Shown: positions 37,602 through 48,012, counted from the first letter of the stretch. The stretch is 63,572 bases of DNA from a virus (IMGVR_UViG_3300009788_000107:1-63572), one strand, 5' to 3'. Translations and numbers: made by a program. The notes: generated by a model not told the origin, from the sequence alone.

Positions 37602-38060
37602 CTAGTTTTCAGACTCTCCCGTTTGCAGCCAGTTCGCGCCGTCGTAGTACAGCTCGATCACCTTCGCCGCCGCGCCGACATCGTTCGTCGCCGTGCCTTC
37701 CAGGTCGATCGCATCAGCCGCCGTTGTCACGTCGTCATCAGCGATCGTGCAGTCCGTATCCCGGTGTTCAATCAGAAGGCGCATTCCGGAGAGACCGCCC
37801 GTGATCGTGTTGATTGTCTCAGCCCCGGTACATGTGAGCTGCACATAGGACGAGGTCGCCTCGAAGGTCGTCGCAGAGTCGATATCGACGGCCTGCGGTG
37901 CCGTGTTCGTCCGACCAGTCAGATTAAGATCGCGCCCGTTCAGGTTCGCGACCTGTGGCGGTTGCGCCAAGAGCGGACGCGGGAGCAGATCGCCGCCAAT
38001 CGCAACGGTGAGGATTCCAGCGGCGAGAAAAAACCATAGCGCGCGTTCGTGTCTGATCAT
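37602..38060 (-). CDS. putative tail-associated protein with signal-like N-terminus
   Basis: ETINTITGG..G..L...IELYYDGANWLQ, a fibre-type C-terminal motif. Confidence 0.55.
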   Translation of the reverse strand: MIRHERALWFFLAAGILTVAIGGDLLPRPLLAQPPQVANLNGRDLNLTGRTNTAPQAVDIDSATTFEATSSYVQLTCTGAETINTITGGLSGMRLLIEHRDTDCTIADDDVTTAADAIDLEGTATNDVGAAAKVIELYYDGANWLQTGESEN

Positions 38061-38545
38061 GAGTCCCTCCGTACGATCTTGGCCTTCACCCAGGCGTCAT
38101 GTGTGTTGTTTGATCGGATCGCCTCGAAGCGATAGTTCTTTCCAGCGACCGGAGTGAATGCGGTGGTCTGTTTCGTGAACGAGGTCGACGTGATCGCGGT
38201 GCCGGTAAACTCCGTGGTTGAGTCCGTCGTGTTTCTGAGTCGAATCGTGACCGACGTCGCAGCGTTGGCAACCGCACCCTCGACGACCGCCTCATAACTA
38301 AAGCCGCCCTCCTTCGCTGCGGGAACGTCAAAGTCCTCATACTCAAGAATCGGTTCCCAGGTCGGCGTGATGGCGGTGATCGCTTGGATTCGCGATCCGC
38401 CCATGTGGAAGATCGAGTGAGCGCACGCAATGAGCGAGGCGCGAACCGGCTCGAAGAACCCATCAGCCCCGACGTCGTCGACGTCGCCCTGAATCTCGCC
38501 CGCGCCGCCGCTTCCACTTGTGACGTCTGTCCAGCCTGTCGCCAT
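38057..38545 (-). CDS. putative tail tip protein
   Basis: Start MATGW at 38545 overlaps the upstream TAA; Thr-rich. Confidence 0.55.
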   Translation of the reverse strand: MATGWTDVTSGSGGAGEIQGDVDDVGADGFFEPVRASLIACAHSIFHMGGSRIQAITAITPTWEPILEYEDFDVPAAKEGGFSYEAVVEGAVANAATSVTIRLRNTTDSTTEFTGTAITSTSFTKQTTAFTPVAGKNYRFEAIRSNNTHDAWVKAKIVRRDS

Positions 38546-41337
38546 TATCCGCTCCCGACTCGTTTCGCTGTTCCGGTAGATTCTAGCCCGACGACGCCAG
38601 CGGTCGACGGTGAACTCGACTCCAGGCCGACCGGCGAGAAACCGTTCCCGGCGATCGATTGAACGACGAGCGTCTGATTCACGCTCTCGAAGAGGACGGT
38701 CGCGATCATGCCCTTCCCCTGGCTTGAGGGGTTCAGGATGATCCCTGTTACCTTGACGACGTGATCGACCCATCCGGTCGCGCCGAGGCCGAGGTCATGT
38801 GTGATTTCGATCAGCTCGCCAAGCGCCAAGTCAATCCCCTGAAGGTCGGTCCCGAACCCTCCGTATATTGGTTCCGTCCGGAGCCGGAGGAGCTTCCGCG
38901 AGATCACGTCGTCGGCGACGTCGGGTCTTCGGATCGGGTGAATCTCGATGTCCGGCTGTTCGTACGTCTCGCCATAGTCGGCGACCGAGCCGCCGTCCGT
39001 CATAGACCGGAGCGCGTTCGAGAAGCGGCCGGTCGACGGCTCTGGTCCGGAGACATACGTGAGCTTGTTCACGATCTCGTCGCTCTGGGGATCGAGCTGA
39101 AAGCTCCCCTCGATGATGTTCGAGTGATCGAACCCGGTGAGGCCGGAGACCGTCGCCGCGTCGTCGAGGTCGTCGAACGTGATCTGGTGTCGCGACCGGC
39201 CGAGGCGGATCTGGGTCCCGACCTGGAACTCCTCCCAGTACGATCGAATCGGTCGGCGCTGGCGAATCGCCCAGGCGACTTCATACCCCGTGGTCGGGAC
39301 CCGCGCCAGATGGAGCGCGTTCAACGTGACGACGCTCGCTCGGTTGACCTTCGGCGTCGACGTCGAATCGATCGGCGGATCCGGCCAGGCCTCAGGCGAT
39401 TGTCCGCCAGGGGAGGGAAGACGCTGAAGGCCGATATAGTTCCAGAAGTGAAACGCGACCTCGGCCGCTTGATCAATCACGTCACCCGTTCCGTCGCCGA
39501 CGTCTTCGACCCCGCACAGGTTCACCGAAAACGGGGGTCCGCCCGTGTCGTGTGAGTCGGCTCGCGGTCCCTTTGCATAGAACGCCGTTACTCGATACGT
39601 CTGACCGTCGATCCCGAGAATATCGAGGTATTTCGCCACGCCTACGATCGCGGTCCAGTTCGTGTTCCCAGGAATCAGGAACTCGGTTCCCTCGACGTCG
39701 GAGAGGTCCATTCGGATCGGACCCGGTGAGACGCCATCCGCCGCGAGGTTCGAGGCGAAGACCGAACTGATCTCCTTCGAGGCCCATCGGCAAATCAGGT
39801 ACAACCGCCACGCCTGGCCGTCGCTCAGCGTCTCCTCGCGACACGGTCCGATCACGGGGACGATCCCGACCGGCGTCCGTTTTGGATCCTCGGTCCACTT
39901 CTCGTCGTCCCCGTACTGGCCGTAGTAGTACGGGAGCGGGATCGAGAGAATGTTCTCCGGGGCGTCCGGAAACAGGTCGGCGACATTCACGTCAGGGATC
40001 GGCCGGTCAAGGCTCTTTGGACCTTGCTTCGCGGACAGCTCGTCGACTAGCTCGATCGCGAATCGAAACTCGTCGAGCGGTTTCCAGTTTTTCAGGAGAT
40101 ACGTTCCCACTTTGAGCGGCGCGGTCCCCACACGCCGCGCCGCGTCCGACTCAAGAAAGGCGACGGCTGGTGAGTTCTTGAGGAACTTGGTCGCCGCTGT
40201 GTCGACGAACCCGCGAAAGAGGCCGTCCGTATCTGAGAAGACGACGCGGAGCGACGAGGCTGACATTCGCCCATAGTGATCGCTCAGTGTTTGCGCGATG
40301 AATCCGATCGTGATGATCCGTCCGTCGCGGAACTTCTCAACCGGAGTCGACAGGCCTTCCTGCGCGAGTCTAAGAACGGAAAGGTCGGGAAGCGTGAGAT
40401 CGATATAGACCAGCGGCGAATCGATCCCGCTCATCGTCTGAGGATCGGTCGGGTCTGTCAGCGACGGCGCGACGCCGTTGCCTGGGCAGGCGGTAAAACT
40501 CGGCGTCGCTCCACCCGGAGGAATGATTACCGGAGTCGTCGACGACGGTGAGTTGATCCGAGGGGTCAGTGAGGAAAAATGTGTGGTCGAGCCGCCCGGT
40601 CCGCCGCTGCCACAACAGGGATTCCCAAACGACTCATTGGTCCCCGGAACAATCGTCCCAGGCTGAACCGGCCCCTGCCCACAGATCCAGCCCTGGGTGA
40701 CGTAGAGACAATCGAAGTCGTCGCCGTTCCCAGGAATCCCGATCGCGATGTTGTCCCACTGAGGAATAAGGGAGTCGAAGTTGTCAACAATGACTCCCTG
40801 AACACAGGCCATCTCGATACCGTCTAATGCCAACCGAACCGCTCCATCGGACGCCCCACCGACCGACGAGATACAGCCCGCAATGTCGATCTTTCTGAAG
40901 CCAGCCTGCACGGGTACCGCGTTGGCAATTCGGAACAGTTCGTTCGTGCTAACCCCCTTAAACGCGACGATGTCAAACGGAGTGCCAGAACCGATCGGAT
41001 TGTCTTCGACATTGAACGAGATGATCGTGCTGTTGGCATCCCGAAGTTCGGCGAAGTAGAAGCCTCCGTTGGGAATGTCGGCGAAGGTCCAGTATCCACC
41101 GAAGCCAAATCGAAGCCGGTCGGTACACTTCGTCGGGATATTAATCGCTGGTGTATTGAACTGTGCCGTGATTGCCGAGGACCGCACGCCACGAGAGCCG
41201 TTGATCCCCGCCCCCGCCGTTGGGGCTCCGCCGTTCGCGATCGAACTGATCTGCAAGTACCCCTGAGAGGCGAGCGTTTCCACGTACTCGAAATCATCAT
41301 TCCACAGGGTAGCGGGGTCGTGGCAACATTCGGCCAT
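38545..41337 (-). CDS. tail tip/hub protein with N-terminal lectin-like domain
   Basis: ~930 aa, second gene after the tape measure; C-terminal L.LGELIEITH...G hub-like signature. Confidence 0.7.
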   Translation of the reverse strand: MAECCHDPATLWNDDFEYVETLASQGYLQISSIANGGAPTAGAGINGSRGVRSSAITAQFNTPAINIPTKCTDRLRFGFGGYWTFADIPNGGFYFAELRDANSTIISFNVEDNPIGSGTPFDIVAFKGVSTNELFRIANAVPVQAGFRKIDIAGCISSVGGASDGAVRLALDGIEMACVQGVIVDNFDSLIPQWDNIAIGIPGNGDDFDCLYVTQGWICGQGPVQPGTIVPGTNESFGNPCCGSGGPGGSTTHFSSLTPRINSPSSTTPVIIPPGGATPSFTACPGNGVAPSLTDPTDPQTMSGIDSPLVYIDLTLPDLSVLRLAQEGLSTPVEKFRDGRIITIGFIAQTLSDHYGRMSASSLRVVFSDTDGLFRGFVDTAATKFLKNSPAVAFLESDAARRVGTAPLKVGTYLLKNWKPLDEFRFAIELVDELSAKQGPKSLDRPIPDVNVADLFPDAPENILSIPLPYYYGQYGDDEKWTEDPKRTPVGIVPVIGPCREETLSDGQAWRLYLICRWASKEISSVFASNLAADGVSPGPIRMDLSDVEGTEFLIPGNTNWTAIVGVAKYLDILGIDGQTYRVTAFYAKGPRADSHDTGGPPFSVNLCGVEDVGDGTGDVIDQAAEVAFHFWNYIGLQRLPSPGGQSPEAWPDPPIDSTSTPKVNRASVVTLNALHLARVPTTGYEVAWAIRQRRPIRSYWEEFQVGTQIRLGRSRHQITFDDLDDAATVSGLTGFDHSNIIEGSFQLDPQSDEIVNKLTYVSGPEPSTGRFSNALRSMTDGGSVADYGETYEQPDIEIHPIRRPDVADDVISRKLLRLRTEPIYGGFGTDLQGIDLALGELIEITHDLGLGATGWVDHVVKVTGIILNPSSQGKGMIATVLFESVNQTLVVQSIAGNGFSPVGLESSSPSTAGVVGLESTGTAKRVGSG

Positions 41338-42125
41338 TAGAGCGGTTGACCTCTCCCGACCTCGACCCACTCAACGCCGATATCGCGAGCCCCGAGCGTC
41401 GAGAGCTGAGGGTCGAACCCTTCAGGCCACCACACGTATAGGTGTTCCTCGGTCGCGGCCGGGTTGACGATGAAGTTTCGGCGCTGTCCCCAGGTGGCAC
41501 GCTGGAGGGCCTTCATTTTGTCGTAGTCGGTCGAGTCGTGCCGGAACGATCCGACGACAGCGCGGAGGAGGAGCTGGTGATCGTACTCGAACCGTCCGCC
41601 GTCCCGGCGCTCGTGTTGTGTCATCTTCCGTTGCGTCGGGAACCGGATCCCGTACCGGAAGGAGTTCGTGAGTTCTCGCTTTTGACTCCAGATCGAGAAC
41701 TCGCCGATCTCGGTGATCACGCCGATGTTCGGCACGAAGAGCGACGCGAACTGAAACCCGCCGACGAGGTAGCCCGCGACGCCGGTCACGTCGAGCGCCT
41801 GGCTCACGGGGAAGTCCCCCTGAAACGCGGGAATCGTCAGGTCGCCGTCGACGCTTGGCGATCCCCAGGAATCGGTCGCGTTCATCTGGAACTTGACGGC
41901 TGAGGTCGGGGGGATCCCGTGCATCGGCAGCGAGACATAGTCGACCCGCTGAGCGGATCCGAAGTCCCAGACGAACCGAGCGCCCGTCGTCGTCGTCGAC
42001 TTGAACCCCTTCGCCGGGTCCGAGTTCGTGAGATTCGCGAGCGGGTTCTCCGCGTCGGGTGTCGCGATCGAGAGGACCGGCGTCACGTCGTCGGCGACAT
42101 TCTCTGTCGGGAGCGTATAGATCAT
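41337..42125 (-). CDS. distal tail-like protein
   Basis: 262 aa immediately after the tape measure; WDFGSAQRVD and MNATDSWGSPS motifs. Confidence 0.6.
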   Translation of the reverse strand: MIYTLPTENVADDVTPVLSIATPDAENPLANLTNSDPAKGFKSTTTTGARFVWDFGSAQRVDYVSLPMHGIPPTSAVKFQMNATDSWGSPSVDGDLTIPAFQGDFPVSQALDVTGVAGYLVGGFQFASLFVPNIGVITEIGEFSIWSQKRELTNSFRYGIRFPTQRKMTQHERRDGGRFEYDHQLLLRAVVGSFRHDSTDYDKMKALQRATWGQRRNFIVNPAATEEHLYVWWPEGFDPQLSTLGARDIGVEWVEVGRGQPL

Positions 42126-45100
42126 GAGGTCTGAGCCTTGAGAGTTCCGATGAGTCGTGTCACAGGTCGCCCTCCGGACGTGAGAGCGCGTGTGAGGCCG
42201 TCGAGGATAGCCTCTCCCGCGTCCTGAAGGCCTTCGATACGGATAGCGCCATCTTGAACCTGGAGCGTCACACCGCCACCGCCAGCGGCTCCTCCGGCTA
42301 TCATCGGGCCGAGCGCGGTCGCGATCTCCTCGGCGAGGTCGTGCCCGCCGCCCCTGGGAATGATCGCCTCGTCCCGGTGAACGCGGATCTCCGTCTCCTG
42401 GCCGAAGTCCTCGAAGTCGAGATTCGGGGATCCGAACTGTCGACGGAACGACCCGCTCGAACTGATGCTTCCGCCACTCGCCTTCGCGGACGTCGTCGCG
42501 ACGCCGCCGACCGTGTTCGTCGGGACGAACGTGACGGGGACGTTCACGAAGTCGGGGATCTGCGTGGTCCGCAGCTGTGAATCGTCGACCTCGAACGTCA
42601 CCTTCGGATTGATCTCGGTTCGGTCGAGTCTCCCGGCCTCGTCGATCGTTCCGCCGAGAAGAACGACGATCTGCTGTAGCGCGAGAATCATCTTATCGAA
42701 GGCCTCGAGCTGCTTCTCGGCCGCGCTCTTCGCCTCCTCGCCGGAGATCCCCGCCGCTCGTCCCTGGTCGATGATCTCTTGAGTCGACGCGCTGACAGAG
42801 AATCCGTACTCGTCCTGAAGACGAATCAGAAGCGCGATCTGAGGTCGGAGCGCTTGAAGCGCCGCCTCCCCGCTGAGCCCGCCCGCGACGAGCCGGTCGA
42901 AGTTTCTCCCGATCGTATTGCCGAGAACGTTGAAATCTTGCTGAGCAACAACACCGAGTTCAGTGAGCGCTCTCAGGACGTCGCCCGCCGCGACCGCTCG
43001 ATCGAAGATTTTCTTCAGGCCTTCGTCGGCGAAGAGGGTCGCGCCCTCGTTCAGTATTTGGAAGGTCGGCCCGAGATCGATCCCCAGGGCTCGAGCGCGG
43101 TCCGCGATGGTTCCGATCGCGGGACCGAGGATCTCGATCACTTCGGCGAAGCTCAGCCCCGATGCGATCAACTGGTTGAACATCGCGACCGCCGCTCGAC
43201 CGGCGACCTCGACCTGATTCTTCGTGTTCACGAACCCCGACTCGACGAGATCGTTCAGCGCCGCCGCGCCATCCCTGGCGACTTCAGCGAGAAGCGCCTT
43301 CCGCTTCTCGATCACGTCGTCGAGCTTCTCGCCGATTGCCTCGAAGAATGCCGCGAGATTCTCTGACTCGACGCCGAACTCGGTCGCCAGCTCGATCAGC
43401 TCTTTGAAGTCCTCCCGCATTTCGCCGGTTGCTTCGTTGAAGGCGAAGGGGAGAATCTGAGCGAACGTGAGGTTGAACTGTTCCCCAAGTTCCTCGGTCG
43501 TGATCTGACCGCGCTCGAAGAACGAGAAGAGATCGTGAACCAGCGCGATCGACCGTTCGAGACCGACCGCGAGAACACCGCCAGAGTCCTCGATCGCCGC
43601 CGAGAGATTCGCCATCAGCGCGGCTCCGGCGTCTTTCCCGAACCGATCGCTCTGTTGACCAAGGGCATCAATGAACCCATCGGTCAGCGCGAACCCCATC
43701 GTCTCGCCTTCTCGTTCGATGTTGTCTGCGAGCGACCGACCCAGGCCACGGAAGAAACCAGCGATCGCGCCGATTCCCGCGCCGATCGCGGTTCCGATCC
43801 CTGGGAGGATCGCCGTTCCGATCGTCGCGCCGAGAACCGCGCCGGAGGCGACGAACGCGCCCGTCGTATGTCGGCCGAAGGTGTCAAAGAAGATTGACGC
43901 GGCGATCGGTGCGGCGACTTGCATCGCGCCGCCGAGCGCCTGTCCGAGTGCGCCTTCCCCGAGCTGGTCCGCGCCGATCCCGGCGAAGATGTTTCCGAGC
44001 GACGACCCGAGCGCCGCGCCGATCTGGTCCCGGTTCCCTTCGAGGATCGCGCTCGTGATGATCGACCCGGCCCCGGCGAAGAAGTCCGAGAGACCTTCTC
44101 GAAGAGGCCGGAACGTATCGGCGATGAACGCGGGCGGAAGCTGGAAGTCGAACAGTCCGGTCAGATCGCCGCCGAGCTGAGGCGGGAGCTGAAAGAACTT
44201 CCCCGGCTGAGTCGTGTCGAACCGCTCCTGTTCCCCGCGAAGAAGACGGAGCGCGTCAAGCGTCGTGAGGATCGCGAACGGAGCCTCGATCCCCATCGCG
44301 TTGTACTTCGCGAGCGCCGAGCTGAGCGCCTGGGTCGCCTGAGCCTGTTCCTCCTTCGTGAGATTCGTCGCGCCGCCGATCCTCTCGATCGCATCGAGCC
44401 AGAGGTTCGCCGCCTGGAACGCTTGACCGCCGCCGATCGATTCGAGGAGCCGGTCGAGCGCTTCCTTGTATTCCTCGGCCGCTGTCTTCGCGGCCGGGAG
44501 TCCGCCGCCGTCGTCGCCCGCGACCTCTTCCGCCGCCTCGGTCGTATTGTTCAGCCAGGTCACGAGATTTTCGAGAACAGGAGGAAGCTCCCCGACCTGA
44601 GTCTTCAGGCCTCGCGCCTGGGTCGCGATCTCACGCATGACGCTCGGCGTGAGCTTGCCTTTATTCGCGAAGTCGGTCGCCGCCTTCGCCAGGTTCTCGA
44701 CCTGGATCACCGCGAACGGAAGATTGTCCGCGAGTTCCTGAGCCGCGAGCTTCGCCGCGACCGTCGCATTCGTGAACCCCGCGATGTCTTTCGCGGCGAG
44801 AGCTTCGAGCGTCGCGGAGAGATCGGCGAACCCGTCGCGTTCTCGCTGGAGCGCTTCGCCGAGGCGGCGGGATTCGTCCGACGCTCGGATCGACGCCTCC
44901 GACACGCCGAGGAGTTTTCCCCAGAGGATCTGAACCTGAAGACCGAGGCCGGTCACGTCGGAGATCCACTTGCCGATCTTCCAGCCGCCGATCGCCGCGC
45001 CCGCGACGAGCGCCGCTGGACCGAGCGCCTTCAGCGACAGCAACATTCCGCCGAGCATCCGGGTAAAGAACCCCATCTTCCCGGCGACCACCGTGAAGAC

Positions 45101-46540
45101 CCCGCCGAGCGCCGCGCCCCAGGCGATGAACGTCGGGAACGACCGAGAGAGAAGCGGACCGATTCGAGCGAGCGGACCCAGGAGGCCGACGCTCGCGATA
45201 CCGTTCGCTGTGAACGCAAGCGTCAGGGACTGGACCGCGAACGCGAGCTGTCCGAGGATGAGGAGAACCGGACCCGCCGCCGCGACGATCGCCAGGAACC
45301 CGACCGCCGTGAGCTGAAGACCGACCGGCATGTTCGCGAAGAGATTCGCCGCGCCTTCAAGGATCGGGATCAGCCGGTTGAAGATATCGATCAGCCGCTT
45401 GATCATCGGGAGGAGCGCGTTCCCGAGTGTGATCCCGACGTCCTTGATCCGGTTCCAGAGAAGCGTTAGCTGAGCCTCGGTCGTCTCGAATCTCTTTTGA
45501 GCCTCTTCGGTAAGGGCTGAGTTCTCGCGGAAGGCGGTCGTCGCGTTGTCGAACGCTCGCGCCGTGATGTCTCCGGCGTTCGCGAGCCGGAGCATAGAAT
45601 CGCGAACCCGAATACCGCCGAACGACAGATCCTCGAGGACCGCGAAGATCGACGCGCCGCCGTCCTCGACCTTCCCGAGTCCTTCTATGAAGATTTCCAG
45701 CGCGCCCCCCGCGTCTTCCTTGAACAGCTTCGCGAACTTGGCGGCGGCATCGTTCACGCCAGGAAGAGCGACGTCGGCGAAGTTACTGAGCGCCTCTCCT
45801 CCGGAGTCGACGGACGACGCGATCTCGATCATCACGCGAGAGAGCGCGGTTCCTCCGGCCTCCGCTCTGATCCCGACCGAGGAGAGCGCCGTCGCGAGGC
45901 CGAGTATCTGAGCCTCAGTCAGGCCGATCTGGGTTCCCGCGCCGGCGAGCCTCAGGCCCATCTCGACGATCTCTTGCTCGGTTGTCGCGAACGAGTTCCC
46001 TAAGGAAACGATGGTGCTACCAAGGGAATCGAAATCTGTCTGCGCGAGGCCGGTGATGTTCGCGAATCGAGCGAGAGAGGTCGCCGCTTCCTGAGCGCTG
46101 AGGTTCGTCGTCACTCCGAGGAGTGACATGGTTTCCGTAAACCCGAGAATGTTCTGGGTTGCGATCCCGAGCTGTCCGGCCGCTTCACCGACGCCGTTCA
46201 GTTCGTTGACCGAGATCGGAATCTCTTTCGAGAGATCGCGGAACCCCTGAGCGAGAGTCGCCAGCTCCGTTTCAGTTGCCTCCACGGTTTTCAGGACGCC
46301 AGCGAAGGAACTCTCAAACGAGATCGCCAGGCTCGCCGCCGCCGCGCCGCCCGCGATAATCGGAAGGGTGAAGGCGGTCGTCGCCGTCCGCCCGATGTTC
46401 GTGAGCTGTTGCCCCATCCGTCCCGCGTCACGCGAGAAGGCCTTGAGCGCTTTCGACGAACTCTCGACCTCGCGGTTGAACTCAGCCGCGTTCGACACGA
46501 GGAGCGCTCGGAGGATTCCGACGATCGCACTACCGGCCAC
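42122..46540 (-). CDS. tail tape measure protein (TP901 family)
   Basis: 1472 aa; FESSFAGVLKTV...AAGQLGI...LGNSFATTEQEI...AEAGGTALSR core; hydrophobic central segments. Confidence 0.95.
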   Translation of the reverse strand: MAGSAIVGILRALLVSNAAEFNREVESSSKALKAFSRDAGRMGQQLTNIGRTATTAFTLPIIAGGAAAASLAISFESSFAGVLKTVEATETELATLAQGFRDLSKEIPISVNELNGVGEAAGQLGIATQNILGFTETMSLLGVTTNLSAQEAATSLARFANITGLAQTDFDSLGSTIVSLGNSFATTEQEIVEMGLRLAGAGTQIGLTEAQILGLATALSSVGIRAEAGGTALSRVMIEIASSVDSGGEALSNFADVALPGVNDAAAKFAKLFKEDAGGALEIFIEGLGKVEDGGASIFAVLEDLSFGGIRVRDSMLRLANAGDITARAFDNATTAFRENSALTEEAQKRFETTEAQLTLLWNRIKDVGITLGNALLPMIKRLIDIFNRLIPILEGAANLFANMPVGLQLTAVGFLAIVAAAGPVLLILGQLAFAVQSLTLAFTANGIASVGLLGPLARIGPLLSRSFPTFIAWGAALGGVFTVVAGKMGFFTRMLGGMLLSLKALGPAALVAGAAIGGWKIGKWISDVTGLGLQVQILWGKLLGVSEASIRASDESRRLGEALQRERDGFADLSATLEALAAKDIAGFTNATVAAKLAAQELADNLPFAVIQVENLAKAATDFANKGKLTPSVMREIATQARGLKTQVGELPPVLENLVTWLNNTTEAAEEVAGDDGGGLPAAKTAAEEYKEALDRLLESIGGGQAFQAANLWLDAIERIGGATNLTKEEQAQATQALSSALAKYNAMGIEAPFAILTTLDALRLLRGEQERFDTTQPGKFFQLPPQLGGDLTGLFDFQLPPAFIADTFRPLREGLSDFFAGAGSIITSAILEGNRDQIGAALGSSLGNIFAGIGADQLGEGALGQALGGAMQVAAPIAASIFFDTFGRHTTGAFVASGAVLGATIGTAILPGIGTAIGAGIGAIAGFFRGLGRSLADNIEREGETMGFALTDGFIDALGQQSDRFGKDAGAALMANLSAAIEDSGGVLAVGLERSIALVHDLFSFFERGQITTEELGEQFNLTFAQILPFAFNEATGEMREDFKELIELATEFGVESENLAAFFEAIGEKLDDVIEKRKALLAEVARDGAAALNDLVESGFVNTKNQVEVAGRAAVAMFNQLIASGLSFAEVIEILGPAIGTIADRARALGIDLGPTFQILNEGATLFADEGLKKIFDRAVAAGDVLRALTELGVVAQQDFNVLGNTIGRNFDRLVAGGLSGEAALQALRPQIALLIRLQDEYGFSVSASTQEIIDQGRAAGISGEEAKSAAEKQLEAFDKMILALQQIVVLLGGTIDEAGRLDRTEINPKVTFEVDDSQLRTTQIPDFVNVPVTFVPTNTVGGVATTSAKASGGSISSSGSFRRQFGSPNLDFEDFGQETEIRVHRDEAIIPRGGGHDLAEEIATALGPMIAGGAAGGGGVTLQVQDGAIRIEGLQDAGEAILDGLTRALTSGGRPVTRLIGTLKAQTS

Positions 46541-46543
46541 AGA

Positions 46544-46990
46544 TCATTTCCTCGCCGCGATCAAGACTTTGTCGCCTTGCTTCACTTCGGTTCCTGTTTG
46601 GTGCGCGAACTGGAAGATCGCGTTCTTCATGCTGTTGATCCCCTGAACGCCTGGCGGGGTCTCGCCTTTGGCGCTGGCTCGCGCCCCGCGTCGCGACGAC
46701 CCGCCGAACAGCGTCCCAGGGTCGAGATACTCCTCCGGCCTGGGAAGTTTTTTGAGTCGCTGCAGCTGCGCGATATAGAACGACAGCGCTCGATCCCGAA
46801 CCCATTCATCCCGCCGCCTTTCGCGGATCACTCTGAACTCGCGAAACAGCTCGCGAGGACTTAGCGACCAGAACTCTTCGCGGTCGATCCCGAACCGGCG
46901 CGAGTAGCGATAGAGCCTTTTCCAGTCCCACCAGCTCGCCGGACCTTCTTCGCCTTTGTCTTCTTCGCCGACCGCCGTCGAGGGTCCTGT
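46544..46990 (-). CDS. tail assembly chaperone frameshift extension (gpT-like)
   Basis: The -1 frame reads ...WDWKRLYRYSRRFGIDREEFWSLSPRELF... and continues into ORF 46544..46831. Confidence 0.7.
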   Translation of the reverse strand, partial: TGPSTAVGEEDKGEEGPASWWDWKRLYRYSRRFGIDREEFWSLSPRELFREFRVIRERRRDEWVRDRALSFYIAQLQRLKKLPRPEEYLDPGTLFGGSSRRGARASAKGETPPGVQGINSMKNAIFQFAHQTGTEVKQGDKVLIAARK

Positions 46991-47346
46991 TCACTCGGCT
47001 CCGGAGTCGAGGCGTTCAGCGCCTGAGTAAGAACCGACTGAAGCTGAGCGCTTCCGAGCTTTGCGATCTCGTCGCATAGATCCCCGACCTCGATCTGTGT
47101 CACGCCTGGATGAAACTCGCCCAACATCGCCCAGAAGAGGTTCACGTAATCGACCATCGTCTCGCCGCCCTTCATCAGGCGGGTTTGAACAATCACCGCT
47201 GTCTCCCCTTCCGGAAGAACTCCTTCGAGCCGAACGAGCATGTTCATACCGACGCGGAGCCGATAGCGTCCGCTCTTCACGACGAAATCGAACTCGCCGC
47301 GCTCCTGGTTTGCTGGTCCCGCGTCTTCTTCTAGTGGTGTCAACAT
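46861..47346 (-). CDS. tail assembly chaperone (gpG-like)
   Basis: Lies between tail tube and tape measure; low-complexity C-terminal tail. Confidence 0.75.
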   Translation of the reverse strand: MLTPLEEDAGPANQERGEFDFVVKSGRYRLRVGMNMLVRLEGVLPEGETAVIVQTRLMKGGETMVDYVNLFWAMLGEFHPGVTQIEVGDLCDEIAKLGSAQLQSVLTQALNASTPEPSEQDPRRRSAKKTKAKKVRRAGGTGKGSIATRAGSGSTAKSSGR

Positions 47347-47463
47347 CCGTCAGTTCCTCTCGTACCTGGTGAACGACACTCGTCGAGCGAACCCCGACAC
47401 AGCGAGCGGGGTCCGCCCTCGAAGCTCGAACGCCAGCGCGGTACGAAAACGCTAGGCGCTCAG

Positions 47464-47916
47464 TTACGGAAGCGTCACAGCGCTGGAGATCGTCAGCTCG
47501 ATCTGAGCTTCGCCCTTCCCCTCGACAGGCATGTCGGAGGGGTCGAACTTGCTGAGAAAGGCCGGGAACGTCCAGAGCGTGTTGGGTGAATCTGGCAGGG
47601 TGACCTGCCAGTTGTGGATCGCCGCGAGAAACGACTCCTCCGCGAAGAACAGGAGACCGCCGGCCACGTTCTGGTGGGTCGCGTTATCCGGTATGTAGTT
47701 GATCGTAAACGTACAGGGACCGGACGTCCGGAGACCCGCCTTCAGCTCACGGTGTTCGTTCGGAGACTCGTGGTGAGTGAACTCGACCTGTCCTCGATCC
47801 TGGGACGGAAGTTTAACGTTCGTCACTTCCGCGACGTTCGTGAAGACCTCCGGAGAAGCGCCGTCGCCTACTGCCAACAGCGCGCCGAAAGTTGTGAATC
47901 CTACAGATAGCGCCAT
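47464..47916 (-). CDS. major tail tube protein
   Basis: GDGASPEVFT.VAEV...VEFTHHESP...E...GL...G...FTINYIP...WTFPAF. Confidence 0.88.
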   Translation of the reverse strand: MALSVGFTTFGALLAVGDGASPEVFTNVAEVTNVKLPSQDRGQVEFTHHESPNEHRELKAGLRTSGPCTFTINYIPDNATHQNVAGGLLFFAEESFLAAIHNWQVTLPDSPNTLWTFPAFLSKFDPSDMPVEGKGEAQIELTISSAVTLP

Positions 47917-48012
47917 GTCGTACTCCCTCGCTGTGTGTACCCGACCCGACGTTAGTGTCGAGCCGTCGCTGGCGTTCCGTCCGTAAGATCCGTACGTTCG
48001 TTCGAGAAGTGA

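Noticed and set aside
38057-41337. Diversity-generating retroelement or invertible tail-fibre cassette
   Set aside because: No reverse transcriptase, invertase or template/variable repeat pair was seen.
43919-45469. Long plus-strand ORFs (e.g. 43919-45469, 54680-55981, 12946-13848)
   Set aside because: Arg-rich antisense shadows of well-supported minus-strand genes in high-GC DNA.
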